This document shows, piece after piece, positions 38,526-50,383 of a stretch of 64,000 nucleotides of DNA (position 1 is its first letter; each line of letters starts with the position of its first letter). Below the pieces are notes generated by a model. It made no database searches, was not told the origin of the DNA, and saw only the letters and a program-made list of their open reading frames with translations. The DNA is from Antedon mediterranea. Taxonomy: Eukaryota > Animalia > Echinodermata. Position numbers and translations under genes: made by a program. The stretch covers positions 2,682,422 to 2,746,421 of the forward strand of contig NC_092678.1 of NCBI RefSeq assembly GCF_964355755.1. Reading direction: 5' to 3'.

Positions 38526-39473
38526 GTATATTAGTTTGACATTATTTTCATAGCTTTAATTTAAATATCATAATTATAGTGTAGCAGGTATTTCGATGAC
38601 AGTTAATTGCTCAATTATGCACACGATGCAAGATTGTTGTTACAGTATATATTATATAAAATATGTATAAACCTATTTGACAGGTTGCAAATGAGGGCAT
38701 AATAGTAAAATGATACATTTATCACCAATTTTTGATGATTTCAAACGAAGTTCCAGATATCAATAGCGAAAAATGTGTTCAGGTCACAGTATGAAGTGTA
38801 ATATTATCTTTGGAATTATATTTTCGATTTGCGAAAACATATATATCGGTTTATGTTGCTAACAATTGAATTTCTCCAAGAGGGAATGTTGTTAATGTTT
38901 GCCTAATTCAAGGTTGACTTGTCTTGGATTTTAAACATCACAGTGAAATTGGTCTTAATGTGGTTTGTAAATTATCATATGGCTAAGGTTACATGATCAA
39001 ATTAAACAGCTTGGGAGAGTGTTTGTATGAGTTTAGTCATGCTCAAACACCAGGGGACAGTGTGAAAAACCACACTAAATTTATCTTATTAGAATTTTGT
39101 AAAACCTGGCTTCCATTGTCTTCAAAACTCATGATGCGTTTTCTTCGATACACTCATCTAAAGTAAAATATATTTAGGTAGTACTCTAGTAGGTTTTTCG
39201 TACCTTCGATACCACAATGCTAAATGCATATGATATCCAGTGCTACTATTGGCTTTCAACAAATGCTTAACATGCTTGACTGTCGAAAGAGGAGAAGAAA
39301 GGGAGTTGGACGTTACGAGAAAGGAAGTTGGACGGTGGGATAAATAAACAGAGGGGGATGGTGGGAGAAAGGGAGGGGACAGTGCGAGAAAGGGTGGAGG
39401 ACAGTGGGATATGAGAGAAAGGAAAATGATTTTTCAAGAAGATGTTTTAGAGATTTTTATGCATTTAGAAATA

Positions 39474-40241
39474 CAGTCGACTCCGCCTAAGTCGAACCTA
39501 ATGGGACCGGTATAAAAATTCGAGTTACGCGAACTTCGACTTACAGATTTGCCAAAAAAATGCTAGGCCTAGGCCTAGGTTCACTCACTAGCCGCGCTAT
39601 GGCTACTAAGCCTAGTGGACCCTGTCCTGTCGCGATCGCGGCCCACGCAATGAGACTTCTTGAATTGAGTTTGGTTAGCTAGCTAGCTAGGCCTAATAAA
39701 TGCTAAGCCTCTTTATCGGCAATGATAAACTGTATTTTTCCGAAACAATACAAAAACGTATAATAAATACATTTCGGTTCTTATTCGAAATCGGTATCCA
39801 TTGTTTATTGCCATCTGTCTAGCACAAAATAGGTACCCACAAAACGCCGCTCAAGTTCTCAACTCTGAAACAACTCATAAACTATACACTAGCGCGAGTT
39901 GTAGGACGCCGCCTATACTATAGAACCTGCTTGAGAGAACCGATATGGTCCCACATTATCCCCTCCGTTGTTTGTTTATCGAATTACGTACGTTTCATCG
40001 GCTTTTTTAGCGCGTTGTTGCCGCGTAATTTGTGACTTCGACTTATACGATATAAATCACTAAAGAATGTGTGTATTCGGACCGCAAAAAGACGTCGACT
40101 TAGACGAATTTCGACTTAGAAAAATTCGACTTAGAAATAAAAATTACACAGTAATGTATAGGAAAGAATTGGGACTTTCCTAAAAATTCGACTTTCGCGA
40201 TTTTTCGACTTACGCGAATTCGACTTAGGCGGAGTCGACTG
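39474..40241. mobile_element. Non-autonomous Tigger/pogo-like Tc1/mariner element, TA TSD
   Basis: TA|CAGTCGACTCCGCCTAAGTCGAA ... TTCGACTTAGGCGGAGTCGACTG|TA (perfect 23-bp TIR); many internal TTCGACTTA repeats. Confidence 0.92.
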
Positions 40242-42823
40242 TAGTTCAGACATGATGCTTTTATTCTGATATTGTGCTGGGCTCATGAAACTTGCATCTA
40301 CCCATCACATGCTGTGTTTGCTTGTTGAAGGATGTATCAACTGGTTTGATTCCACTCTGGGAGATAACAAACATCAAAGGCCATCTTACCAACACCTGTA
40401 GGTCACGACCTTGTGTGTCAGTTTATCAATTACCTTGTTCTATCTTGACCTCTGATTGACATGCCTTTAAAGATGATTGTTGTAACTTCTTATATTGTAC
40501 AGATATTAACCCACTCCTTAGTATTCAGGACAAGATTGGTAAAAATGAATAAAGGAAATGTAGCAAACATGCACAATCCTGTTTACAATATATCTAACAT
40601 CTGAACTGTGATAGTGGCTTGGTTAGTATTTGAACAATGGTCAGCATCAGTTGCGACCAATGGCCAGCACCGTCCAGTTGTGACCATCTCTTGGACTTAG
40701 GGGAACTTGCTTTCACTACTTCACTAGTTAAACACAGTGGTCAGAAAAAGCAAAATGCCATCAAGTTGGATGATATTTACTGGGATATTGAAAATAATAA
40801 TTTATTGCATTATAAACAATGTTTTTATCAAAACTAGAACTTTAGTATTTCAATTTTTATCTTTTTAAATAGTTTTAAAAGATACAATTAAAACATTATA
40901 TCAGCTTTTTATTGCTTGTTAAACCAAATATTTTAAGTATCGTTCAGTCTAAATAAGTTTCCTACAAGTTCAAAGGTCGTTTTCTTTCTGAACGTGTACG
41001 AATGCGAGCAATTAAGCCGCAACCCTTAAGGGTAATAAATGTGATGTACTCGGCTAATTCAGTTTAGTCGGAGATGCTTAGACATGGGGGATGGCTTAAC
41101 TGATAAACATGCTGGAAGTAAAGGATCCTGGGATAAAATTTAATAAGTACCATTTCTTGGAATCGAGCCAAGTTGGATTATTGAAGTTTTATTTATTTTA
41201 TTGAACTGTTTTATACCCTAAAATATGATTATTTTATTAAAAAATAATATATTATTATTATAAAACAATATTTTGCATGATATTAAATTATATAATCTAG
41301 AGGAAAAAATAATAATTATTTGGATACTTTGAGAAATTATTTTTAGTTTGTATAAACAACTGTATTTGCGTGTGTAGGTACTATAAATTTATTTAACTTA
41401 TTACCTTTTGGAAATATTGCCAAATAATCTAGTGGAACTTATTAATTATACTTTGTTATTGGAATTTATTATGAAAATGTTGAGAAAGATTAATTTTTAT
41501 AGCTATATATAATTCATGTTTATGATAGTCTATTAACTTTAATCTTTTTAAATACTTCAGTATTATTGAGACAAATAGCAACTTGTGTTAAGGGCGCCTT
41601 CAGTATAATTGCTAGAAGGCGGGAATTGTTTAATATACAGTATTGAGAAATTATAGGTATCAGAGATGTTTAAAATAAACTCTATACTTTTTTTTTAACA
41701 TCCCTGGGTGAGTGAGGAGAAAATAAAGCAGTCCCTTCAGGTTTATTGGGTGGGCTCTGAATAAGGTTTAGATCAGGATAGATATAGATTCTACACGAGA
41801 CGAACATTCAGTTTTCCGCTTACCATTACTGCTTGTCGGTGTAAATTTTCCTTTATAATGAAACTTAGAAAGCAGCATGGGTGTTGATATTAAATAAATG
41901 TTTCATTGAGTTTAATTTATTTTAAATTAATAAACTTGACGGAAGAAGTGAAGTACACGTTGGCTAGTAACCAAACATTTAACATTGATCTTGTAATTAT
42001 ATTGACGTCCTCATGTTCTTTATAACACGAAATGTATAAATTTCATTCAACCGTTTCTCTACCATATTTAATTCTCTCATATCATAGATATCATATTCAA
42101 AACAGGAAGTTGTAAATGTTTGTAGACAATTTTCTGACTCCACTGAAATTAATTATGTTAGTTATGTAGTCCATTATTATGTAGTAATACCGAGAATAAG
42201 TATCACATATGTTCCAAAATATGGAGTACGTCGGTAACTGTATTTCAATGCAAATTTGCAATAGTGAAACTGTATAGTGTACATGGCATTTGTATACATG
42301 ATCATTCTACTTGGAAAGTCATGCATTGTCCAATATTTTGCGGCACTTCTTAGACCATTAGACGATTTTATCATCAAAGAAATGATGACATCGTCACATA
42401 ATAGATTAGTGGTAATTGTTTATTTTGCTTGGAAGTTGATAAATTCCGTAATATTCTGTAATTCTAAGAAATATTATGGCTCTCATTAAACTAATTTACA
42501 TTTGTGGCCTGTCATTGCGGAGTTGACAATATGAGCAGTCATCACAAAGCTAAGATCTTTTCTCAGAACTTTTACATTTACATTTCAGAGTTGCTGTTTT
42601 AATGGTTTTCTAAAAGCTGCACTTAACTTAGAATTGACACAATTTCATTCCTAATCATAAATTTTGTTTGGCGAAATAATTTACATGAAGCAAGCAGTTG
42701 TGTGTTGCAATCAAATGTGAATTCACATGATAGAGTAATACCACATACATAAGTATAAATTAGAAATTTTAAAATGTGTTAAGAATCAATTTGGAATGTC
42801 CAGTAAAATTCAAGATGGTACAT

Positions 42824-42878
42824 AATTATCATCATCCTATTTATGTAATGACATTACATAAATAGGATGATGATAATT
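42824..42878. repeat. Perfect 55-bp palindrome (27-bp arms, 1-nt spacer)
   Basis: AATTATCATCATCCTATTTATGTAATG-A-CATTACATAAATAGGATGATGATAATT. Confidence 0.95.
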
Positions 42879-43496
42879 GTGAAGTAGATTTGTGTTTGGT
42901 TCAAGTCCCACACAAGAAGTACTAATGTTTTTCCTCAATATAAACTACAAGTACTTCAGAGTAGGGCAAGAGGGTTGGGGTAAAATAACCCAAAATGTTG
43001 ACGTTTTGTACTAATTTTTCTTCACCTTGCAATCATTGTTTCTATACTTTTTCATCACTCTATCATCAGCAATAGATTTTGTGAAATGTTAATTAAGAAT
43101 ATCTGTCGGTGTAACAAGTTTAAAAGGAAGGATTTTAGCAAACAAAGTGAAAGCATTCTATGTCTGTCTACAGGAAGTATTGCATCAAAAATAACTTTCA
43201 TTTCAAAAATGAGATTGCCTTCGTCAATGTGAAATGTTCTTACATTCACTATACAAGTTTATACAAATTTATTTGGAAAATTAAAATAACATTTGAACTT
43301 TCTTTTTAATGATTTTTTTGCAATAAATTCTTGAAATACATTCTGAACATTGTGGCTTTCAACTTTTCTTTTTTAGAACTCCTAACAAATATTTCCGGTC
43401 TTTTAAAAATATTTCTATATTTTTATTACCATTTTTATGCTTTGTATTAATCATTTAATATGATGCATTATTTACTTTTTAAAAAAAAAAATTTAA

Positions 43497-43623
43497 AGCT
43501 CTGTCCACACTATCAAACTAGAAAGACAAAAGTGTGATGTGCACATATGGATGAAAGTGATATACCCAACTATGGTAGTGATATATGGACATATCACATT
43601 TATTTGTCTGATAAAGTTTGATG
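43497..43623 (+). mobile_element. AGCTCTGTCTACAC MITE family, diverged copy
   Basis: AGCTCTGTCCACACTATCAAACTAG ... TATGGTAGTGATAT ... TAAAGTTTGAT. Confidence 0.72.
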
Positions 43624-45851
43624 AAGCAGCATCAAAATGCTCTTCTTTTTTTTTTTTTGTACATTCACAAATTATGTGAATTCACAGTTTGGTGATAAAA
43701 CAGTTTATTTGTAACACATTATGCTTCTCTATACAACACATACAGACATTTGTTTGTGACAGACTCCCAAGGCATTTTGCAGTTTCAATGTGTTTAATGA
43801 TCTTCATTAAATTCAACTGAACATAGCGACGTCGTCTTTAGTCTTAAGATATTTATATTCTGAAACCTCTGTCTACTGATCTTGATTTATATTCATTTAA
43901 GATTGATTAAAATTAGTTTGACTTTAAGAGCTTATTCAGTTTTAAGTAGCCATGCAATCTGTATGCGTATAAAACATATGAAAAGCAAGCTTAAGGTTTG
44001 ACATTAGTTAAAGCAGAATTGCTGGTGGCTCGGTCATTTTTTCCCCGTTTTTATAATTATTTTAAGATATACAGACATGTTATTGATAGGAAACTTTTGA
44101 TTTGTGTCAACCAGTAACCTGGGAACAAGTTACTGTAGGTCATGTTAATTTTTTTACGCATACAGTAAAGTTGGAACGCGCTTTCTCACTCTATTCCTTT
44201 TGATGGTTTTATGTCCAGATAACGATTGACGTCGCTCGTCACAAAACGAAAGCCCCCTATTAACCGTATCTATTTCTCAAACAATACACCGTTGTTGTAT
44301 ATGTAGGAATATTGGGTAGTTTTTAGACCTTGTTGTACTGATATAGAAATTTTATGTTTCTTTTTAACTTCTTTACAATTTAGTTGTTTACAAAAGATTT
44401 GTTGATTATTCAAGTAATTTGATGCTACAATAACTCTGACACCTCTTTTCTTCAATTTTAATTGCAATAACATTCATATTTCCTTTCGTTGTACATTCAT
44501 ATTTTGGATATTTGATAGATTTTATTTTCTGTACATCTCATTATTGTTTTATGACCTCGAATACAAAAGCTAAAGTATTTAAATTCTTTTGGATTTGATA
44601 AATGCATTACCACAGTGTCAAATACCCTTGACATTAAATGCCTCAAGAAGTAGTGCACCTAGGCCAGGGTGTAGGGTTGCATTTTGGCAACACCTTCTGT
44701 ATGCAACTCTTTTCAAGCAGTGTTTAAATAAAGTGTACATAAAAGATTGAGATGAATAGTTACTGTATTTCTGAATGCTTTTTTTGTTGATGGATAATAT
44801 TTGATTGTATCGGTATTATCGCTAAACTTTCATCATACTTAATTCTTTTTAATTCCAATTACTACCAGTAAGTGTACTAGTATTAGAATTCATGATACCA
44901 GAGGCGTTTGTTCAATAGTCATTTGTACTGTATTATGAGGTCTATTTAAAAGTTAATTTTTTTCATAGTAGAAATATGTCTTCTTAGGCTAGAGTTGGAG
45001 TTCATCCCTCAGTTAATCCCTCAGTTACAAACATGGACAGTATTTTATATAATAGCATAGTTATTTTTTTAGAAGGCAATATTTTATATATAAACACTCA
45101 ATTTATACCTTTCAGTTTATATAGCAGGCAGAAGTTTCTATAGCAGGCTGTAGTTTCTATAGCAGACAGCAGTTACAGAGAAACCTTCTGTCTGTTTCTA
45201 TCATTCTCTCAAATTCTATGTGACCTAATTATATATATATATATATAACTCATTTTGAAGCATTAGTATTCTTCCTTATGTTCTACTTATATTTCCTTAG
45301 GAATTTCAACATCTTGGCAGTAAACTATATTATACATAATATAACAATATGATATAACTTTCTCATCATCCTCCCTATCTTCACCATCTGCACTCCAAAT
45401 TCCAGGCGGCTGCACCAAGCCTGAAAAGTTTCTAGGAATTCAGCACATTCCACTAGCTTAATAATTTGTACTAATATGCACACATGTTTGGTATGTTTAA
45501 TATTGCTAGCGGTCAAGTGGAACAAATGGTCAGTTTTTATAGATGACCTCAAGCAAATGTTCCAATTATCCAATCTGCGGCCGACTTCTAAGATCTTACT
45601 TATTACCAAATGTTTTGAATATTTATTATTTTAAGGACAGGATTTTATTTTATTCTGATTAAAAACATTCTTGGTTTATAGGGATTTAGATGATATCATT
45701 TTGTAAGGTCATCTTGTAAACTTGCCCCTATTAGGGATTTGCTTGCAATTTAAAGATTATAATATGCCAAATTTTACTGTATGTTTTCTCACGGTATTTG
45801 AATTGGACTTGAAATTAATGAGTTTGTGACGATGCTAGCTTAGCAGTTGCC

Positions 45852-45930
45852 AGCAGTAGCTTGGTGGTTATTACATGCTTGCCTTTCAATCCCAAGGTCC
45901 AGGGTTCAATCCTGTCCTGGTGCAAGGGTT
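45852..45930 (+). mobile_element. Degenerate tRNA-derived SINE head
   Basis: A-box-like TAGCTTGGTGG and B-box GGTTCAATCC; no intact cloverleaf. Similar heads near 26950-27003 (+) and 5900-5960 (-). Confidence 0.5.
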
Positions 45931-47563
45931 GTAACTCACGACTCTTTCAACTCCACTCCCTAAGCCCCAACTGAGATTAAGTTTCTAAGCATGATAAATT
46001 ATAAAATAGTTTATCCATCCTATAATTGGCGATTTACTGTTGGATTCATATTACTAAATATATTTTATCAATTCTAAATCTTCCACTGAATCTGATGTTA
46101 AAATAGTATGTATCTTGATTAGCAACATTTCAACCCCCTTCCCCTTTTATACATACTGTAGGGACATTTTAGAAGATATTCTTCCACAAAGTACTAGAAA
46201 TTAAATTTCTCGCATCTAATCTTAAAAAATAAGTTTAACTGAAAGAATTTTCGCAATGGCAACCAAACATACAGATATCATACACAGAGCATCAAAGCTC
46301 TTATATAAACATTTCTATTTAATAGATAAAAAACTTGAAAAATTATAATTTTCAAATTGTAATTACGCCCACTTAAAACATCACACACTAGTATCTTTCT
46401 TAAACCCATGTATCTAAACTGTACTGTTATCAGAGGAGATAATTATTTATATTTGACCTAATAAGGTAATCGTAAAGATAGCCTAAATATTTTCATACTT
46501 TAGTTGAAATAAACTTCTTAAAACAAAATGTGGACTTTATGTCTTTTGTATCTGATGATAATATAGGGTACTTTAGCCCCTGGATGGACCACACAGGTTC
46601 ACTGTTTGAAAGATGCCACTAAAAAGATGAACGAATAAATAAACAAGTCAATTACTTGCACTGAAATCTCAATATCATTGTTCACTCATTTTCTTAGCTG
46701 CAAAAATCGCAATTCTGAAAATAACAGTTGGAAAATGGCAGAACAATTGGGTGGTAGAATGTTATTTAACTGATGATATGCAGGGTGTTGTCAATCATAA
46801 TATTTTGAATGGTGTGGTCATATTGTTTGACATTATAGGGTGAAAAGATGTTGTGTCAATAGAATATAATTTATACTGCAGAAATACATTTTTTTTTAAA
46901 AACAAAATTACCTATTTTTTAGAACTTTTAGTTGGGCTAAAGTTCCCCAATTTTGTGTTTATGGGTGTGGCCTTACACCCTTCAGTACTTGAATTGAACC
47001 CATCAGTGTGTCTGTTAAGTTAACTTATAGGGTGAACGTGACATCGATAATAATATAATATAACAGAAAATGGTTTTACTTAAAAATTGCATCAAAATAA
47101 TCATGATATGAGATGGTTACCATAGTGATCCTGACACATGAAATTTTCGATTCAATTTCATTACGAGATCTAATAGATGTTTTATTATAATGGAACTATT
47201 GCTCTAAATATTATATTATTGTTGTATAATATATAGGCTAATATGTGAATATATGACAGTGATACTGTTACATTTATTTTCCTGATAATGTATGAAAAGT
47301 TATTGTAATTTAAATTCTCTATTGAATTACAAAAGATGTAAAATAAATGTAGATTTAATACTTTTTAGAACAGAGAAGAATCTTTTAGTATTTCAACATC
47401 AATTTTTTTTATTATGCTTTTTCTTTCTTGTAAATTTGTTTCTGTTCTTTTCAAAAATTGTGTTTAATAATAATAAGTAGGACTGTGATTATTTATATTT
47501 TAAAGTTTAAACTGCTTTCATGTTATATAATAAATAGCACAGTTTTCAAAGAAGATACGTTAA

Positions 47564-47742
47564 AGCTCTGTCTACACTATCAAACTAGTTTTACAAAAAC
47601 ATTGTGATGTATCCAAACATATGGTAGTGATATGGCTATAACGGTAGTGATATGACATCATCATGTCCATATATGTATGGGCACATCACATTGTTTTGTC
47701 ACATTTTTTTGTCACATTAAGTTTAATAGCGTAGACAGAGTT
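47564..47742 (+). mobile_element. AGCTCTGTCTACAC MITE family, full copy, TAA TSD
   Basis: TAA|AGCTCTGTCTACACTATCAAACT ... AGTTTAATAGCGTAGACAGAGTT|TAA. Confidence 0.85.
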
Positions 47743-48248
47743 TAACATGGCTATGTTGATCTTCAATGGGTCAACAATAAAAATAACTGATATCAGGGTT
47801 TCTTTGTCTTTTGAAATCTGTGATTCTTCTATATTTTTGTCAACAAGTAGGTGCCAATGCATACCAATTTCTTCAGTGCACTCTAAACAGAAACTAATAC
47901 AAAATCGGTGTTATGCTGTTATATTATCATCAACAATGGATAGCAGACAATTGCATTACGGATGGATTGTGTTTATAGACAACACAGGTGAATGCGACCT
48001 GTGTAACAATAGATAGAGACTACAGCGGGAAATGGAATCATGTCCTCCAATGATCTGCAAACACCTCAGATGATGCTACCTGCTGATCCTGACAACCTGA
48101 AGACAATGCGTTATCTACGCAAATAGAATTGGAAAAACAAAAACAAGGTTGAGAAGGGGTCAGATGTGTAAACAAGCAAAAAAAAAAAAAATGGCATTTG
48201 GATATTTTTTTAATGAGATTTCTATGCAAGATACGATGACGTCTTCAA

Positions 48249-48394
48249 AGCTTTGTTTACACTATTAAACTTTATGTATGACAAAATAAATATAATGTGC
48301 ACATATATGGACATGTCATATCGCTACCATCACTACCATATATGGGCACATCACACTTTTGTTGTCAAAATAGTTTGATAAGGTAGACAAAGCT
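48249..48394 (-). mobile_element. AGCTCTGTCTACAC MITE family, full copy (reverse); a further partial copy at ~48838-48914
   Basis: AGCTTTGTTTACACTATTAAACT ... AGTTTGATAAGGTAGACAAAGCT with the family core. Confidence 0.78.
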
Positions 48395-50206
48395 TTAGGT
48401 TTGAGTTCCATGGCCAGAAAATAATCTATTCTTTCAGATATTACTGTTTGTGGTACAGGTACAAAAATTATTTCAATAATCTAAATACTTCAGATGTAAT
48501 ATCCCATTTACGTGACCAATTGTGACATCTAATACTCGAGATTCATTTCAATTTTTTCCGGTCTCATTTTCCAAAAAAAAAAACTGCACAATTAACGTTA
48601 ATGATTATGTTCTGGCTAAATGTTTCTAACCATTTGAGCGTCGTCGCCATTATTTCTTGTACGAATTAGGTGAATTGAACGTGAGGTTTATCTCCGATGC
48701 AAAATCCTTCTGCTGCAACATGGATTAATATTGAAGATATGTTGGATTGAGTTTCATCTCTATGTTTGAGAGATAAAATTCCATTTGAGTTAAATCATTT
48801 TGTTGATCACAAAGAAAGTTAAAACATGGACTTTTAGTTAGTGATGTGACATCATCATGTCCATATATGGGCACATTAAAATTAAACTAAAACCTTAAGT
48901 TTGATAGTGTGGACAATGTAACAATGACATCATTGACAAACGTTGGTAAAATAGAATAGAACAAGAATAGTAAGAACTAATAGTAAAGTACTCTTCTGTT
49001 GCTTAAATGATAAACAGAAATAGCTGTATTTAATGATTCATGAGTTGGATAGTTGAGGTTCAATCATGATAAATGTTAGATGGTTTTTAATTAGAGGTTG
49101 TGGTTTATATTTAGAGGGTGACCTATATTAAAGTGGTTAGCTCCTGTCTAAGTGAATGAAGGATGTTACCTATAAAATCCAAATTGGGAAGGGGGTTAGA
49201 AGATGACGTATGGGGAAACTAAATTTACATTAGGAAACTAGATTAGTGCCCTTGTCCCCAGACAATAATAGCCTTCCTGCTACTGTCGTGCAGTTTGATC
49301 AAACGATGAATGATTATGATAACGAACGATAATACATTATAAAAATAATTTCCAGTCGTCTAGAGGTTTTTTTAAAAGCTTTAGATTCTAATCTTTCTGA
49401 AACCTTTACTCACATAACATTGGCTCAACATTTCCTTCAACTTTGACCTTTACAATTATAATATGGTTCTGTGCCATTGTTTAGGAATAAATTAAATCTT
49501 TCCAATTATTTAGAAAAGTTTCAAGTATACTTTCCATGTGAAAGTAGGTTTAAACTGACAAATCTAAAATCCAAAGTAATAAAATGTCTTTATATTTAGT
49601 GTACAATATTAACCTGGTTTGAAAATGATCATGAAACAACACCTGTTCCACATATTTACTTATTCCCCACAGGAGGACGGAAAAACGATCAGATTTCTCT
49701 ACCTGAAAAACAATAAAATCCTTATTTTTCTAGTTTATCATTCGTTCTATTTTCCCAAGATTGGTGGAAATTCATTTCCTGTTAGACGATACATGACATT
49801 TCATTACACACACACAATCCGTTTCTATTCACCCGGCATTAATCATCGTAAGCGTATAACACGTTCGTCCAAACAAAGCTGTTCTGGCTGTGGATGGTTC
49901 TTTTTAATTTATGCAAGGTAAATTGTGACGGACTGCATGCATAATGAAATACTTAATTTGATCAGCTGCCTAGCCTAGCTGCTTTAGCCTAGGGGGTAGG
50001 ATCTGTGTCAAATAAGCTTTTGTTAAAACTAGTAGTTTAACACTTGTCTTTTGTGTTGCACTGTTTACACTGCCTTTATTTAATTACTGTAGCACTTTTA
50101 CTAAAACCTTTGTATCACTATTGTAGTTACTGTTACTGTACTGTAATACAGTAAAGTATACTGTAACAAGGTATAGGTAAGTGCTGTGTTTATTCTGAAC
50201 GTTGGT

Positions 50207-50383
50207 GTATTAATAATGCAAGCCTCAGCATGATGGTAGGGGCTGCCTTATCCTCCCTAATACCTTCCAACTATTCAGTACTCATTTACAGCTGAGTAGA
50301 CTGGGAGTAGTTCTTCTGGATTTGAACCTAGTCTTTCTGCGAGATAGGCAAGTTTCCTAAAACCACTTGGTTACATCAACTCC
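50207..50383 (-). mobile_element. tRNA-derived SINE (central motif CAGCTGTAAATGAGTAC)
   Basis: Minus strand: A-box TAACCAAGTGG, B-box GGTTCAAATCC, then CCCAGTCTACTCAGCTGTAAATGAGTAC; homologous to 19209-19400. Confidence 0.68.

Noticed and set aside
45300-45600. Possible old LINE 3' remnants (GAAAWN-like frame on minus; similar hints at ~32170-32300 and ~34900-35000)
   Set aside because: Only a few residues of resemblance; cannot be supported without a profile search.
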